From a virus (taxonomy: Duplodnaviria; Caudoviricetes): a DNA stretch of 64,000 nucleotides. A program made the position numbers and the translations under genes. Under the pieces are notes generated by a model that saw only the letters and a list, made by a program, of their open reading frames with translations, did not search any database and was not told the origin of the DNA. Position 1 is the first letter of the stretch. Each line of letters begins with the position of its first letter. This document shows positions 1 through 8,917 of the stretch, in pieces. The stretch covers positions 13,331 to 77,330 of the IMG/VR virus record IMGVR_UViG_3300037424_000723. One strand, given 5' to 3'.

Positions 1-324
1 TATCTCGACAATCGTATGTATCTGGGTTATATCCTGCTTAGTCCGGTCTAGCCATTGTTTAAGATGATAAGCTTGATGGATTAAATTAGTACAGCTTGCA
101 TATCCATTCCCGGAATGAAGTGTATCACGACTAAATCCATCCCACCTAACTGGCATCATCCACTTATTCCAGTCTGTAGCCAATTCGTTATACTCAGGTG
201 TGACATGTGGCGCATTGCCGACAAACATAGTCGCCTGGATCGTTGACCACTGTAGGAAGTTATCTAGGCTTTCATTAGCGAGATGCGCTCTGAGTGATTG
301 CCGGTAATTATCCCAATTTGTCAT
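1..324 (-). CDS. Putative sugar O-methyltransferase, paralog of 6985..7779; C-terminal part cut off by the window edge
   Basis: Not in the ORF track. Manual translation from ATG at 324 gives MTNWDNYRQSLRAHL...NFLQWSTIQATM...TNLIHQAYHLKQWLDRTKQDITQIHTIVEI, open to base 1. It aligns with MNLIHQAYHIQQWEQASGKRINQLDTIVEFGGG of the 7 kb gene. Confidence 0.8.
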   Translation of the reverse strand, partial: MTNWDNYRQSLRAHLANESLDNFLQWSTIQATMFVGNAPHVTPEYNELATDWNKWMMPVRWDGFSRDTLHSGNGYASCTNLIHQAYHLKQWLDRTKQDITQIHTIVEI

Positions 325-1024
325 TATATCCTAATTTCTCCATCATCCATCCAAATTCATTCCAAATTTGCTCATTCATTGCAGGCGTAAAATAATTGCG
401 CCAGTTACCGACAATGCCAGTATGTATATTTTGCCGGCGTAGTTCGGCTTCATTGTCACCTATTTCAGCCTTACGAGTAGCAAAGGATTGACGTTTGATC
501 GCCTGAATAAGCCTGTTATCTTCATACTGTACATCAATTCGTCTCAAGGCGCGTTGGATCCAAAATTGAGGGTAATCTAATAATCGCTCATAGGTCATTA
601 TGGTCATTCTACGATTGCCCAGATAATACCACTTCTCGCAATATTCATCCCACCGACCACAGCCGGCCACGTCACCCCGTATCATTCGCTCTAAAAACAC
701 CTCATTGCTTACCTGCCAATGATACGCCCCGCTTACGCAGATAGCACGCGGGTCACGCACCAAAAAGATTATTTTTTCATCGGTTAATTGTTTCCAGGCT
801 AATTGATGCGCTTGCGGCACAAGCGCCCCCGCATCATCGTCTATTAAAGTGAAATGCCCGCGCCGAATAAGGTAAGGCCCAGGGCGCTTCCTGGTTACAA
901 TCCCAATCTCTGCCGGGGTAGATTCAATTGTAGATGAATTGAGCGCGTCACCCAATAGATTAGTAAGCCAAGTTGAGCCACTTTTGGGATAGGCGCTTAT
1001 TATGATCTCAGGTTTTGGCTTAAT
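308..1024 (-). CDS. PAPS-dependent sulfotransferase
   Basis: The frame extends upstream of the track start (955) to include SAYPKSGSTW (5'-PSB loop). It also has RDPRAICVS (3'-phosphate motif) and C-terminal TGIVGNWRNYFT. The start codon is uncertain (ATT at 1024). Confidence 0.85.
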   Translation of the reverse strand: MKPKPEIIISAYPKSGSTWLTNLLGDALNSSTIESTPAEIGIVTRKRPGPYLIRRGHFTLIDDDAGALVPQAHQLAWKQLTDEKIIFLVRDPRAICVSGAYHWQVSNEVFLERMIRGDVAGCGRWDEYCEKWYYLGNRRMTIMTYERLLDYPQFWIQRALRRIDVQYEDNRLIQAIKRQSFATRKAEIGDNEAELRRQNIHTGIVGNWRNYFTPAMNEQIWNEFGWMMEKLGYNDKLG

Positions 1025-1035
1025 TGTTCACAACC

Positions 1036-1338
1036 TTATATTTTATCGTCAACATATATATTAGCCTCATCTTTATGCACCCATTGATAACCCGCAAATG
1101 TAGCCCACTCTAATTGCATCCTAATTTCTAATGGCGTATCGGGATTTGTCATCAACTCAAATACTTCTCTGGATGCGATATGAGTACGCCTATATTCCCA
1201 ATCGGGACTTTTCATCTTTTCTTCTTCATCTTTGGCATGTTTTATCATCTGCTCTTGTATACGCCGAAATGTATCAATAAGACTAGGCGGTTCTTTATTT
1301 GAATCATAATCAAAGTTCACAAGAGTAGTGTCATCCAT
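1036..1338 (-). CDS. Hypothetical protein
   Basis: 100-aa ORF translationally coupled to its neighbours. Confidence 0.6.
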   Translation of the reverse strand: MDDTTLVNFDYDSNKEPPSLIDTFRRIQEQMIKHAKDEEEKMKSPDWEYRRTHIASREVFELMTNPDTPLEIRMQLEWATFAGYQWVHKDEANIYVDDKI

Positions 1339-2035
1339 TGGAATAATCCTCTTTTAATCGCCTCAATCCATCCTCAGTAATCACAAAGCTGATTAAGGTA
1401 TCAACGTGCAAAGCTACCTCGAAATAAGGGCACAGGAATTTACGCACCGCCCTATCTACACCCGGCCAGGGTAACGGGTGCATAACCTTACCAGTTAGTT
1501 GACCACTGGCATACACCCGCTTCTTATCAAAGTCGTGTACTGCCATAATGCCACCGGGTTTAATGTTGGGCAACCAGGCCAGTATGTCACCTTTTGCGCC
1601 TCGGTAGGAATGTGAGCCATCTATGAATACCATATCCACTAAATGTTTGTTTTGACCCCAAAGTCTAACCTCAAAATCAAACAATGGGGGTTTTTGCCAC
1701 ATCAAACCAATAGCTTTGCTATCACCCTGCATTTGAAAAAAACGATTATTACTGTATAGCCTTGTTTCTGGAAATGCCTTGTTGATTATTCTTTGTTCGG
1801 CTACTAAACAGCCAAATGGGCTATCATCTCTTTGTATATCAATAGTCCATAGTTTCAAATCCGGTCTACTCTCCATAAATGCCAGTCCGCTAGTGCCCGC
1901 GCCCGCGCCTAAATTTATAACCGTAGGATTATCAGGGAGTAACTTTGCTAGTTCCTTCAATGATCTTAATTCATTTTCTGTTAAGTACCCAAAAGCTTGC
2001 TGTAAAGTGTCTGATGAATGTATCATTTGTGCCAT
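1331..2035 (-). CDS. Class I SAM-dependent methyltransferase (Methyltransf_24-like)
   Basis: VINLGAGAGTSG motif I and VDMVFIDGSHSY...NIKPGGIMAVHD. Confidence 0.85.
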   Translation of the reverse strand: MAQMIHSSDTLQQAFGYLTENELRSLKELAKLLPDNPTVINLGAGAGTSGLAFMESRPDLKLWTIDIQRDDSPFGCLVAEQRIINKAFPETRLYSNNRFFQMQGDSKAIGLMWQKPPLFDFEVRLWGQNKHLVDMVFIDGSHSYRGAKGDILAWLPNIKPGGIMAVHDFDKKRVYASGQLTGKVMHPLPWPGVDRAVRKFLCPYFEVALHVDTLISFVITEDGLRRLKEDYSNG

Positions 2036-2077
2036 CGGTTCATTTGTGATATACTATAAAAAGGAGATAAAGTAAAT

Positions 2078-2623
2078 ATGGAAGAAATTTGGAGAGATAT
2101 TATTGAATATGAAGGACTATACCAAGTATCGAATCTAGGCAATGTAAAAAGTATTGTTGGCATTAGAATAGATAGTAGAAGTAGAATATACAAGTTACCT
2201 CTAAAGGTACTTAAATCACAGTACGATAGATATGGTTATCTTCATGTTAGTTTATATAGACAGAAAAAGGTTAAGCATAAATTGATACATCGTTTGGTAC
2301 TTGAGGCATTTATTGGTAATTGTCCTAAAGGAAACTATGCTAATCACAAAGACGGCAATCGAGCGAATAATAAATTAAATAACCTTGAATGGTGTACTCC
2401 AAGTGAAAACAACTTACATGCCTTTAGAGTATTAAATAGAAAACCAGTTTATGTATGTGGTATAAAAAACGCCAATGCCAAATTAACTGATGATAAAATA
2501 CGATATGCAAAAGAACTAAGACAAAAAGGATTTACCTTCCAGAAAATAGCAGATGAACTAGGCATTGCAAAGTCACACGCTAAACGAATAATTGATGGTA
2601 AGTCTTGGGGGCATATTTTATAA
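2078..2623 (+). CDS. NUMOD4-HNH homing endonuclease with C-terminal HTH, inserted antisense into the glycan operon
   Basis: WRDIIEYEGLYQVSNLGNVKS (NUMOD4) and IHRLVLEAF...NHKDGNRANNKLNNLEW (HNH). AT-rich, with its own AAGGAG RBS. Confidence 0.92.
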   Translation: MEEIWRDIIEYEGLYQVSNLGNVKSIVGIRIDSRSRIYKLPLKVLKSQYDRYGYLHVSLYRQKKVKHKLIHRLVLEAFIGNCPKGNYANHKDGNRANNKLNNLEWCTPSENNLHAFRVLNRKPVYVCGIKNANAKLTDDKIRYAKELRQKGFTFQKIADELGIAKSHAKRIIDGKSWGHIL

Positions 2624-2718
2624 TCTGGCAACATCTGAACAAGCTGTTTTAACGTTGCTAATTCAGCCTCGGTAAGATAGCCAAAAGCGGCTTGTAAATC
2701 AGCACTAGTTTGAGGCAT
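2620..2718 (-). pseudogene. Orphaned 5' remnant of the methyltransferase gene (about 33 codons)
   Basis: MPQTSADLQAAFGYLTEAELATLKQLVQMLPD matches MAQMIHSSDTLQQAFGYLTENELRSLKELAKLLPD of 1331..2035. Confidence 0.75.
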
Positions 2719-3829
2719 AAAACTCCCTCACCTTATCGCAAATAAAACTGACATTATCATCTGTCAACCCACAGTGAAGCGGTAGCAATAGCGTCTCGCG
2801 CGCCGCCCGTTCTGCATTGGGTAAGCTATCGGGTAGATTGTAGGCCCAATGTAGGGGGTAATAGCGGAAGGTGCAATAAATCGAGTTGGCCTTGAGATAA
2901 GCGGCTAATTCATCACGCTTGGGGGTTTGTATCCAGTAGAAGTAAAGCGATGTTCTTTTATTTGTTCCCCAAAGCCATATGTCCGGTTGCTTTATCTGGT
3001 TCATATTCTCAAATTGATTACGATAATGAGCGCAAATATCACGCCGTCTTTCGATAAATTGGGGCAACTTCTTCAACTGTTCTAACCCCATTGCCGCTGC
3101 TATGTCATTCATCACTGACCGTCTAGCCCCGGCAATGTCTACCCCAAATTCCCACCACCTATCCTTGTTGCTATTTAGCCCGCTTGCTTCACTTGTGCCT
3201 AGATAAATCTGCTTTCTAGCTCTAGTGGCTAACTCAGTATCCTTAAGCCACAGCATGCCACCGTCGCCAGTGCTGATGATCTTCATCGCATCAAATGACC
3301 ATACGCCAATGTCACCAAACGTGCCAACCGCTTGACCGTTGAAAGTCGAGGCCGGCGCATTGGCCGCATCCTCTATTAAGCGTATGCCGGGATGATAGCT
3401 CAGCAGGCTAGTTATCTCTGCCATACCACAAGGTACACCGCCATAATGATTGAGGATAAGCGCCTTAGTTTTGTTGGTTATCTTTGCCTGAATATGATCT
3501 GCCGTTACGTTTAACGTCCTGCTATTCACGTCGCAAAATACCGGAGTAGCCCCGGCTGCTATCACCGCTTGAGCTGCCCCCACAAAATGAATAGTCGGGA
3601 TAATCACCTCATCACCCGGCCCAATGCCTAATAATGCTACCGCTTGAAATAGCGCCTCAGTACAAGAGTTGATTGAGACAACATTAGCCGGGTTAGAGCC
3701 GATATGCGAGGCCCATGCCGCTTCAAATTCGTCAACCTTTGGGCCTTTGCCAATCCAGCCAGATTGAAAGCTATCGGCAATAGCCAGGAGTTCATCTTGT
3801 CCAGGCGAAGGAGAGAAAACAGGTATCAT
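2705..3829 (-). CDS. DegT/DnrJ/EryC1/StrS PLP-dependent sugar aminotransferase
   Basis: SINSCTEAL, LIEDAANA, and SFDAMKIISTGDGG with the catalytic Lys present. Confidence 0.93.
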   Translation of the reverse strand: MIPVFSPSPGQDELLAIADSFQSGWIGKGPKVDEFEAAWASHIGSNPANVVSINSCTEALFQAVALLGIGPGDEVIIPTIHFVGAAQAVIAAGATPVFCDVNSRTLNVTADHIQAKITNKTKALILNHYGGVPCGMAEITSLLSYHPGIRLIEDAANAPASTFNGQAVGTFGDIGVWSFDAMKIISTGDGGMLWLKDTELATRARKQIYLGTSEASGLNSNKDRWWEFGVDIAGARRSVMNDIAAAMGLEQLKKLPQFIERRRDICAHYRNQFENMNQIKQPDIWLWGTNKRTSLYFYWIQTPKRDELAAYLKANSIYCTFRYYPLHWAYNLPDSLPNAERAARETLLLPLHCGLTDDNVSFICDKVREFYASN

Positions 3830-4182
3830 CTCACTTGGTCTCTAATTTCTATTGGCACATCTAATAACCAATTGAGTAAATCAATCAACTCTGCCATATG
3901 AGTTACCTTTTTCTCATAGATTGATAATTGCTCAGGTTTTAGATTGTCAAAATCAAATTTACCACCCAATTCATCACTTATCTTTTCATTCATAACCTCT
4001 GCTATCCAAGAGGGGCGTAAGCAATAAAGTATATCTATGTCTGTTAAGTTTTGGTCATCAATAACGATATGAGCAAACGAATATCCAGTAGTCCAATCCC
4101 ATTTAGTTATTTCATCTATTGCCTTTGTAACATCTTCAACCGTAGCCAATTCTGGCTTGGAACGTTGAAAAAGGTTGCTCAT
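3826..4182 (-). CDS. Hypothetical protein
   Basis: 118-aa ORF with ATGA-type overlaps. Confidence 0.6.
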   Translation of the reverse strand: MSNLFQRSKPELATVEDVTKAIDEITKWDWTTGYSFAHIVIDDQNLTDIDILYCLRPSWIAEVMNEKISDELGGKFDFDNLKPEQLSIYEKKVTHMAELIDLLNWLLDVPIEIRDQVR

Positions 4183-5024
4183 TCAAACTCCCTCAACACA
4201 TTCAAGTATAGCCAATCCTCAGTAATGGCATAATCCTTTACGGTTAGTAGGTTCATGTAAATAGCCGGTAATTGTTTAACCCATTGTCCCGCCGATAACC
4301 CACCGAGTATCTTTTGTAACCTATCTACCGTATCAAATTGCAAGATACCTGCTGGCTCAAAGAACCTATGGATATTAGGCGCTCCCCAGAATATGGGTAT
4401 TGTGCCAAGCGCAAAGCAGTCGAGTAACCATTCGGTAAACAGGTTATCTTCTCTACACGTTTCAATTGCTAGGCTAAAGCAGTAATCGCCCAGGAGTAGC
4501 TTTTTAACGTCCTGCCCATAACCTACCTTTTGCCCGCCTATACCATAAATATCAACATTGTAACCCTGTTCTTTAATCATCTCGGCTATTTCGTGGCGTA
4601 TCCTGTGGCCTTCGGTAGTCATCTTGTTACCGATGAGCATAGAGCAGAGTTTGGTTTTGGGTTTGATACCCCAGTCGGATTTATCAATCCAAGTACCACC
4701 GTAGGGGCAAAACTTAAACTTACTATCAAATTCCCACAAATCAGTAATAGTCTTATAAGTTAAAATCAAATCAAATTTATCTCTATTGAATAACACATTG
4801 TGATATGTCTCAGGGTGCAAACAATAAGGCTCATGTAACCACCCGATTTTATACCGACTTTGCACCCTATCCACTATAGGGTTGTTGATCCATTCATCAG
4901 TGAAGATTGTCACGCCATCAAATGCGGATAAATCTCTAACCCATTGGATATATTGCGAGGTTTGATATGCTGTTGAAAAGCTATCGTGCCGGAAATTATC
5001 GTCAAACAAGTTACACAGCATCAT
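4179..5024 (-). CDS. GT10-like (alpha-1,3-fucosyltransferase-family) glycosyltransferase
   Basis: YCFSLAIETCREDNLFTEWLLDCFALGTIPIFWGAPNI resembles the GT10 GDP-sugar-binding motif. Confidence 0.75.
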   Translation of the reverse strand: MMLCNLFDDNFRHDSFSTAYQTSQYIQWVRDLSAFDGVTIFTDEWINNPIVDRVQSRYKIGWLHEPYCLHPETYHNVLFNRDKFDLILTYKTITDLWEFDSKFKFCPYGGTWIDKSDWGIKPKTKLCSMLIGNKMTTEGHRIRHEIAEMIKEQGYNVDIYGIGGQKVGYGQDVKKLLLGDYCFSLAIETCREDNLFTEWLLDCFALGTIPIFWGAPNIHRFFEPAGILQFDTVDRLQKILGGLSAGQWVKQLPAIYMNLLTVKDYAITEDWLYLNVLREFE

Positions 5025-5307
5025 TAACCCTATTCAAGGTCAATCCATTAAATGTTAAGCTATCCATGCCGTTTGGATCATCCAAAACCACAAACGATGC
5101 CCCATTACGATAAGTATTATTGGCTGGTAGTCTTAAAATCAATCCAATCCTACCGCTAGGGAGAAATATTGTACCAATACTAAGCTCAATAAAATTATTT
5201 GAATTGACAATAGCATTAAATCCATCTGGATTAAACTTTATAATTAAAGTTTCTTCGGGCTGTACCTCTATGGATACAATTTTGTTATCTGTTATAATTT
5301 TAGACAT
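5011..5307 (-). CDS. Hypothetical protein
   Basis: 98-aa coupled ORF, AT-rich. Confidence 0.55.
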   Translation of the reverse strand: MSKIITDNKIVSIEVQPEETLIIKFNPDGFNAIVNSNNFIELSIGTIFLPSGRIGLILRLPANNTYRNGASFVVLDDPNGMDSLTFNGLTLNRVNDAV

Positions 5308-5554
5308 TATGCCTCAACCTCTTTTTACTCCGCTTACCCTTTTCAATTTGCCTGTCCAATGAGTGATACATAGCCACCAAAAGCCCTAGCATCATTGTTT
5401 TAGTGGTACTCTCCTGCTGGTGCATTTCGTAGACAAAGCGGTATAGCTCTGGGTTAGCTGCTGCCATTTGCATGAACAGTTTGTCACTACCCTGCATGGC
5501 ATCTTCACCTACCTCGCGGATTGTTTCAATCGTTACAACGGGCAAGTTAGTCAT
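5300..5554 (-). CDS. Hypothetical protein
   Basis: ORF with probable start ATG at 5554 (MTNLPVV...), overlapping the stop of the TadE-like gene. Confidence 0.55.
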   Translation of the reverse strand: MTNLPVVTIETIREVGEDAMQGSDKLFMQMAAANPELYRFVYEMHQQESTTKTMMLGLLVAMYHSLDRQIEKGKRSKKRLRHNV

Positions 5555-6422
5555 TCCGCGTCTCCTGTATTTTTCTAAAACTAGCACGGCTGTACAAAAT
5601 AACCGGGTCAGTCCACAAATTGCTAATCCCCGGGAACCCCAATAATTGACGCTGGCTGAACCAAAGCTCTACCGTGATTGTGTTATTTGGCCGGGGTACA
5701 TTCCCCGCCGCTATCACATCACAACTATGCTTTTGTTGCAGCCGGCCCAGTTCGGCACCCATCAGTGCATAATTCAACTGGGTTTGGACCGCTGCCGTGG
5801 CCGGGAAAGTCCATGTAAAAGTGGGTACTTCCAGGGGAGTCGTGATCGTAAAGGGCAAAGTGCAGGCCGATTCAGCTTCGATATAGCTGATTATCATGGC
5901 CCCGGTTGCCTCGTTGTAATCTATCTGACTTGATATGCTTTCAAGGGTATGCGTCCAGACGCTTTGATAATTGGGGTTAGATGAGCGAAAGTCCAAGTAA
6001 TTCTGCCTAACTGCAAAACGAGCCGCTTCTCTACTGGCATTGGTGAGGATTAGGTAAGCGCGTAAAACCCAACCTAGCTCTAAAACCCCAATAAGCAGGA
6101 ATACGATAATTGAGAATATTAGAGCGCTTTCGACAAGTGCTTGGCCACTCGGTTGAAATGGGGGAGGCTTGGGACGTGGGTTTTTTGCCTCATATTGCGT
6201 ATCGTATTCAGCTTCAAACTTTTCAAGCGCAATGGCATAATCATCACTTGACTTTTGTTCCCATTTCCTATTGGCCTTATCAAATGCCGCCCATTCTTCC
6301 ATGTGTACCGGACAAGCCCAAAGCATAAAGCCAAATCCTACCCGATAACCTTCATTAGCAATTCTTATATTGTTACATCCTAAAGTACAGCAGCGTCGTT
6401 TCACAACTTTATCCTGTCGCAC
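5547..6422 (-). CDS. TadE-like minor pilin domain fused behind a Cys-containing N-terminal extension
   Basis: SGQALVESALIFSIIVFLLIGVLELG...LTNASREAARFA is a TadE prepilin signature, located about 92 residues into the ORF. Confidence 0.75.
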   Translation of the reverse strand: MRQDKVVKRRCCTLGCNNIRIANEGYRVGFGFMLWACPVHMEEWAAFDKANRKWEQKSSDDYAIALEKFEAEYDTQYEAKNPRPKPPPFQPSGQALVESALIFSIIVFLLIGVLELGWVLRAYLILTNASREAARFAVRQNYLDFRSSNPNYQSVWTHTLESISSQIDYNEATGAMIISYIEAESACTLPFTITTPLEVPTFTWTFPATAAVQTQLNYALMGAELGRLQQKHSCDVIAAGNVPRPNNTITVELWFSQRQLLGFPGISNLWTDPVILYSRASFRKIQETRND

Positions 6423-6790
6423 AAATCCAGCCTTAGTATGATTAGTTTGGGCTTAGGCGTACTGGCAGTAAATTCTACTGCCTCCTTTACTTTTCTTGTT
6501 TCTATAGAGTATTCACCAATAATTACAGTGATATTATAAATTGGCTTGTTTTCATCTGGATTACCATTTTCATCTAATTCGTATCTCAAAACAGGGTTAG
6601 CCAAGATATATGCTGTACCTTCATATTCAAATACTTTTATATCTTGTTCAGTAAAGGTAACAAGGGTCTTACACATCCGATTTTTAATTCGTTCGATAGA
6701 AGTTCGTATCTCGGAGGTATAATTCTCAGGCTCAATCAATCGCTCTGTCACAATAACCCCACCAAATGAAGATGCCAGAATAGCCACCAA
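6401..6790 (-). CDS. Hypothetical protein
   Basis: ORF track; the true start may be a downstream GTG. Confidence 0.5.
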   Translation of the reverse strand: MVAILASSFGGVIVTERLIEPENYTSEIRTSIERIKNRMCKTLVTFTEQDIKVFEYEGTAYILANPVLRYELDENGNPDENKPIYNITVIIGEYSIETRKVKEAVEFTASTPKPKLIILRLDLCDRIKL

Positions 6791-6984
6791 ATAACCGGAG
6801 TACCCAAAAGCGCAATGACAACACCATACCAGCCGCGCCGGTCAGCCTCGTTTAATTCAGCTTCTTTATATTTGTAATGGTCTGCAACGGATTCAGTTAT
6901 GATGTGCTGTGGCATTTTGCTTAGCCTTCATTTTACCCTTACGCCATCCCATATAAAACGCATCGAGAATTAGTCTGAGTAGTT

Positions 6985-7779
6985 TTACCATCCGATTGAG
7001 TACCAATTCTGCAAATCGGGAAGATGGCCTAACTCGATATGTTGCCAATTAAAGTCTTTTGCCATAGATGTTGCCATAGCAAACTGCTTAAACCATTCGA
7101 CATTATTCCACTGTTCCCATTGCCCACTATAAAGAAAAAGATAGCTATTAGCCCGTACTATCAAAGCATCTCGCTTACTTGGCTCAACTTCACTCAAGCT
7201 ATACAGCGCCATGAGCAAGTCAACGTCTTTCGGCTTGCGCTTGGGATTCCAACTCACCTTATCAAGCAATCCAAACTGTGATAAGTAATACTCTTGCAAC
7301 AGGCTAAATTCCGGCAAGTCGTAAATGATATACTTGCCACCAAAACCTAGCCGGTGACACAACAAGGCCATTGCCCCGTAGCCACCGCCAAACTCAACAA
7401 TGGTATCAAGTTGGTTAATGCGCTTGCCGCTTGCCTGTTCCCATTGTTGAATGTGATAAGCCTGGTGGATAAGGTTCATTGAAAACTGAGTGCTAAAATT
7501 AGACGTTGAGAAATAATCATCTGGGCCAAAATGTGGCACCAAAACAGGGTTGTGATACCCCTCGGTTAGTTGGCTAAATTCGTATTGTATCGCTTGTGTC
7601 CAGTGATTAACTAGCATCGTATGGTACACGCAGGACCATTCCCAAAACCGCTTAGGGTTATCGCCGTTTGTAACATGCTGCCATAGGTTAAGTCGCCAGG
7701 CGTCCCAAAACGGGGGCTTAAGTGTTGTCTCTGGTTTAGGCAGTTGCGACATACGATAGGCGAATTGGTTAGCGTCCAT
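6985..7779 (-). CDS. Putative sugar O-methyltransferase (TIGR04371-like)
   Basis: TIVEFGGGYGAMALL...YIIYDLPEFSLLQEYYL. Start placed at the ATG overlapping the upstream stop. Confidence 0.75.
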   Translation of the reverse strand: MDANQFAYRMSQLPKPETTLKPPFWDAWRLNLWQHVTNGDNPKRFWEWSCVYHTMLVNHWTQAIQYEFSQLTEGYHNPVLVPHFGPDDYFSTSNFSTQFSMNLIHQAYHIQQWEQASGKRINQLDTIVEFGGGYGAMALLCHRLGFGGKYIIYDLPEFSLLQEYYLSQFGLLDKVSWNPKRKPKDVDLLMALYSLSEVEPSKRDALIVRANSYLFLYSGQWEQWNNVEWFKQFAMATSMAKDFNWQHIELGHLPDLQNWYSIGW

Positions 7780-8917
7780 TATAATACTCTCTAACCGACT
7801 GAATAACATAATCTAAATCATCTTGGGTTAAGTCCTGATGCAAGCCCCAATATACCCCGTGATTATTCATAGACTTAGCTCTGGGATAATCAGCCTCGTT
7901 AAATAATCCTTTATAAACCGGCTGATTAGTTAATGGTACTGTGTCTCTAACCCCTATGCCTTTTTGGGTTAGATAGTCCATTAACCCTTGCTTAGGTTCT
8001 GTCATGGTGGCAATGGGAAACATCATGGGCGTAAATGATACATTAGGCCGAACTTGAGGCAATCTAATTTTATCTAGTCCTGATAGCTTATCTATAAAAT
8101 ATTGATGATTAAATTGGCGCTTGGTTTTAATGTCTTGCCAGTTATCTAATTGAGCCAACCCCAAAGCGGATTCAAGTTCTGTTATTCTCAGGCTATGGCC
8201 GATTGAATCAAAGACAAAATACCTCGATAGCATCATTGGGTCAAACTCATCGCTTGCAGACAAGTGCTTATAGGACAGGCCGTGATTTGAGAGACTTCTA
8301 AGCATAATGGCATAATCACGGTTGTTAGTAAGCGATATACCTCCCACGCCAGTTGTGATGATATGGGCCATATAAAACGAATGACAACCTATGCCATCCC
8401 AAGAGCTAATAGACTTGTTCTCCTGAGTAGCAAAAGCCGCTTCGCAACTATCCTCTATGATTTTTAGATTGTACTTGTCTGCTATCGCCTTAATAGTTGT
8501 CATATCGCACGGTTGCCCGAATAAATGAACCGGCATAATAGCTCTGGTTTTAGGGGTTATGGCCCGTTCTATTAAATCGGGGTCAATACAATAGGTACCA
8601 TCTATATCCACCAAAACAGGTTTAAGGCGATTTTGAATAATGGTATTTACGCTGGCTACAAAGGTTAAAGCAGGACACAATACCTCATCTCCCTTTTGCC
8701 AGCCGTGTACCTTTTTAAGCGTTTGCAGGGCAACGAGTAATGAGCTAGTGCCACTGTTTGACAGCACTCCATACTCACAGCCATGCATGGCGGCAAAGCG
8801 CTTCTCAAACTCCTGAGAAAGAGGCCCATAAGAAATTCTGCCTGAGCGTAGCACCTGATTTACCAGGTTAAACATTTCGGGGGTTGCGTTGAATGTGCCA
8901 AGCGTGACTTGTCTCAT
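7769..8917 (-). CDS. DegT-fold PLP/PMP enzyme with His replacing the catalytic Lys; ColD/E1-like 3-dehydratase
   Basis: SNSGTSSLL, IIEDSCEA and SFYMAHIITTGVGG, compared with SFDAMKIISTGDGG in the paralog. The E1-type Cys cluster is absent. Confidence 0.8.
   Translation of the reverse strand: MRQVTLGTFNATPEMFNLVNQVLRSGRISYGPLSQEFEKRFAAMHGCEYGVLSNSGTSSLLVALQTLKKVHGWQKGDEVLCPALTFVASVNTIIQNRLKPVLVDIDGTYCIDPDLIERAITPKTRAIMPVHLFGQPCDMTTIKAIADKYNLKIIEDSCEAAFATQENKSISSWDGIGCHSFYMAHIITTGVGGISLTNNRDYAIMLRSLSNHGLSYKHLSASDEFDPMMLSRYFVFDSIGHSLRITELESALGLAQLDNWQDIKTKRQFNHQYFIDKLSGLDKIRLPQVRPNVSFTPMMFPIATMTEPKQGLMDYLTQKGIGVRDTVPLTNQPVYKGLFNEADYPRAKSMNNHGVYWGLHQDLTQDDLDYVIQSVREYYNGR

Noticed and set aside
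1022-1033. TGA stop-codon reassignment (TTG TGA ACA upstream of the sulfotransferase)
   Set aside because: TGA is used as a normal stop throughout, including many ATGA overlaps, and long genes are not fragmented.
2449-2620. 89-aa ORF 2449..2718 as a real protein
   Set aside because: Only the first ~33 codons resemble the methyltransferase; the remainder is the antisense read of the HNH gene.
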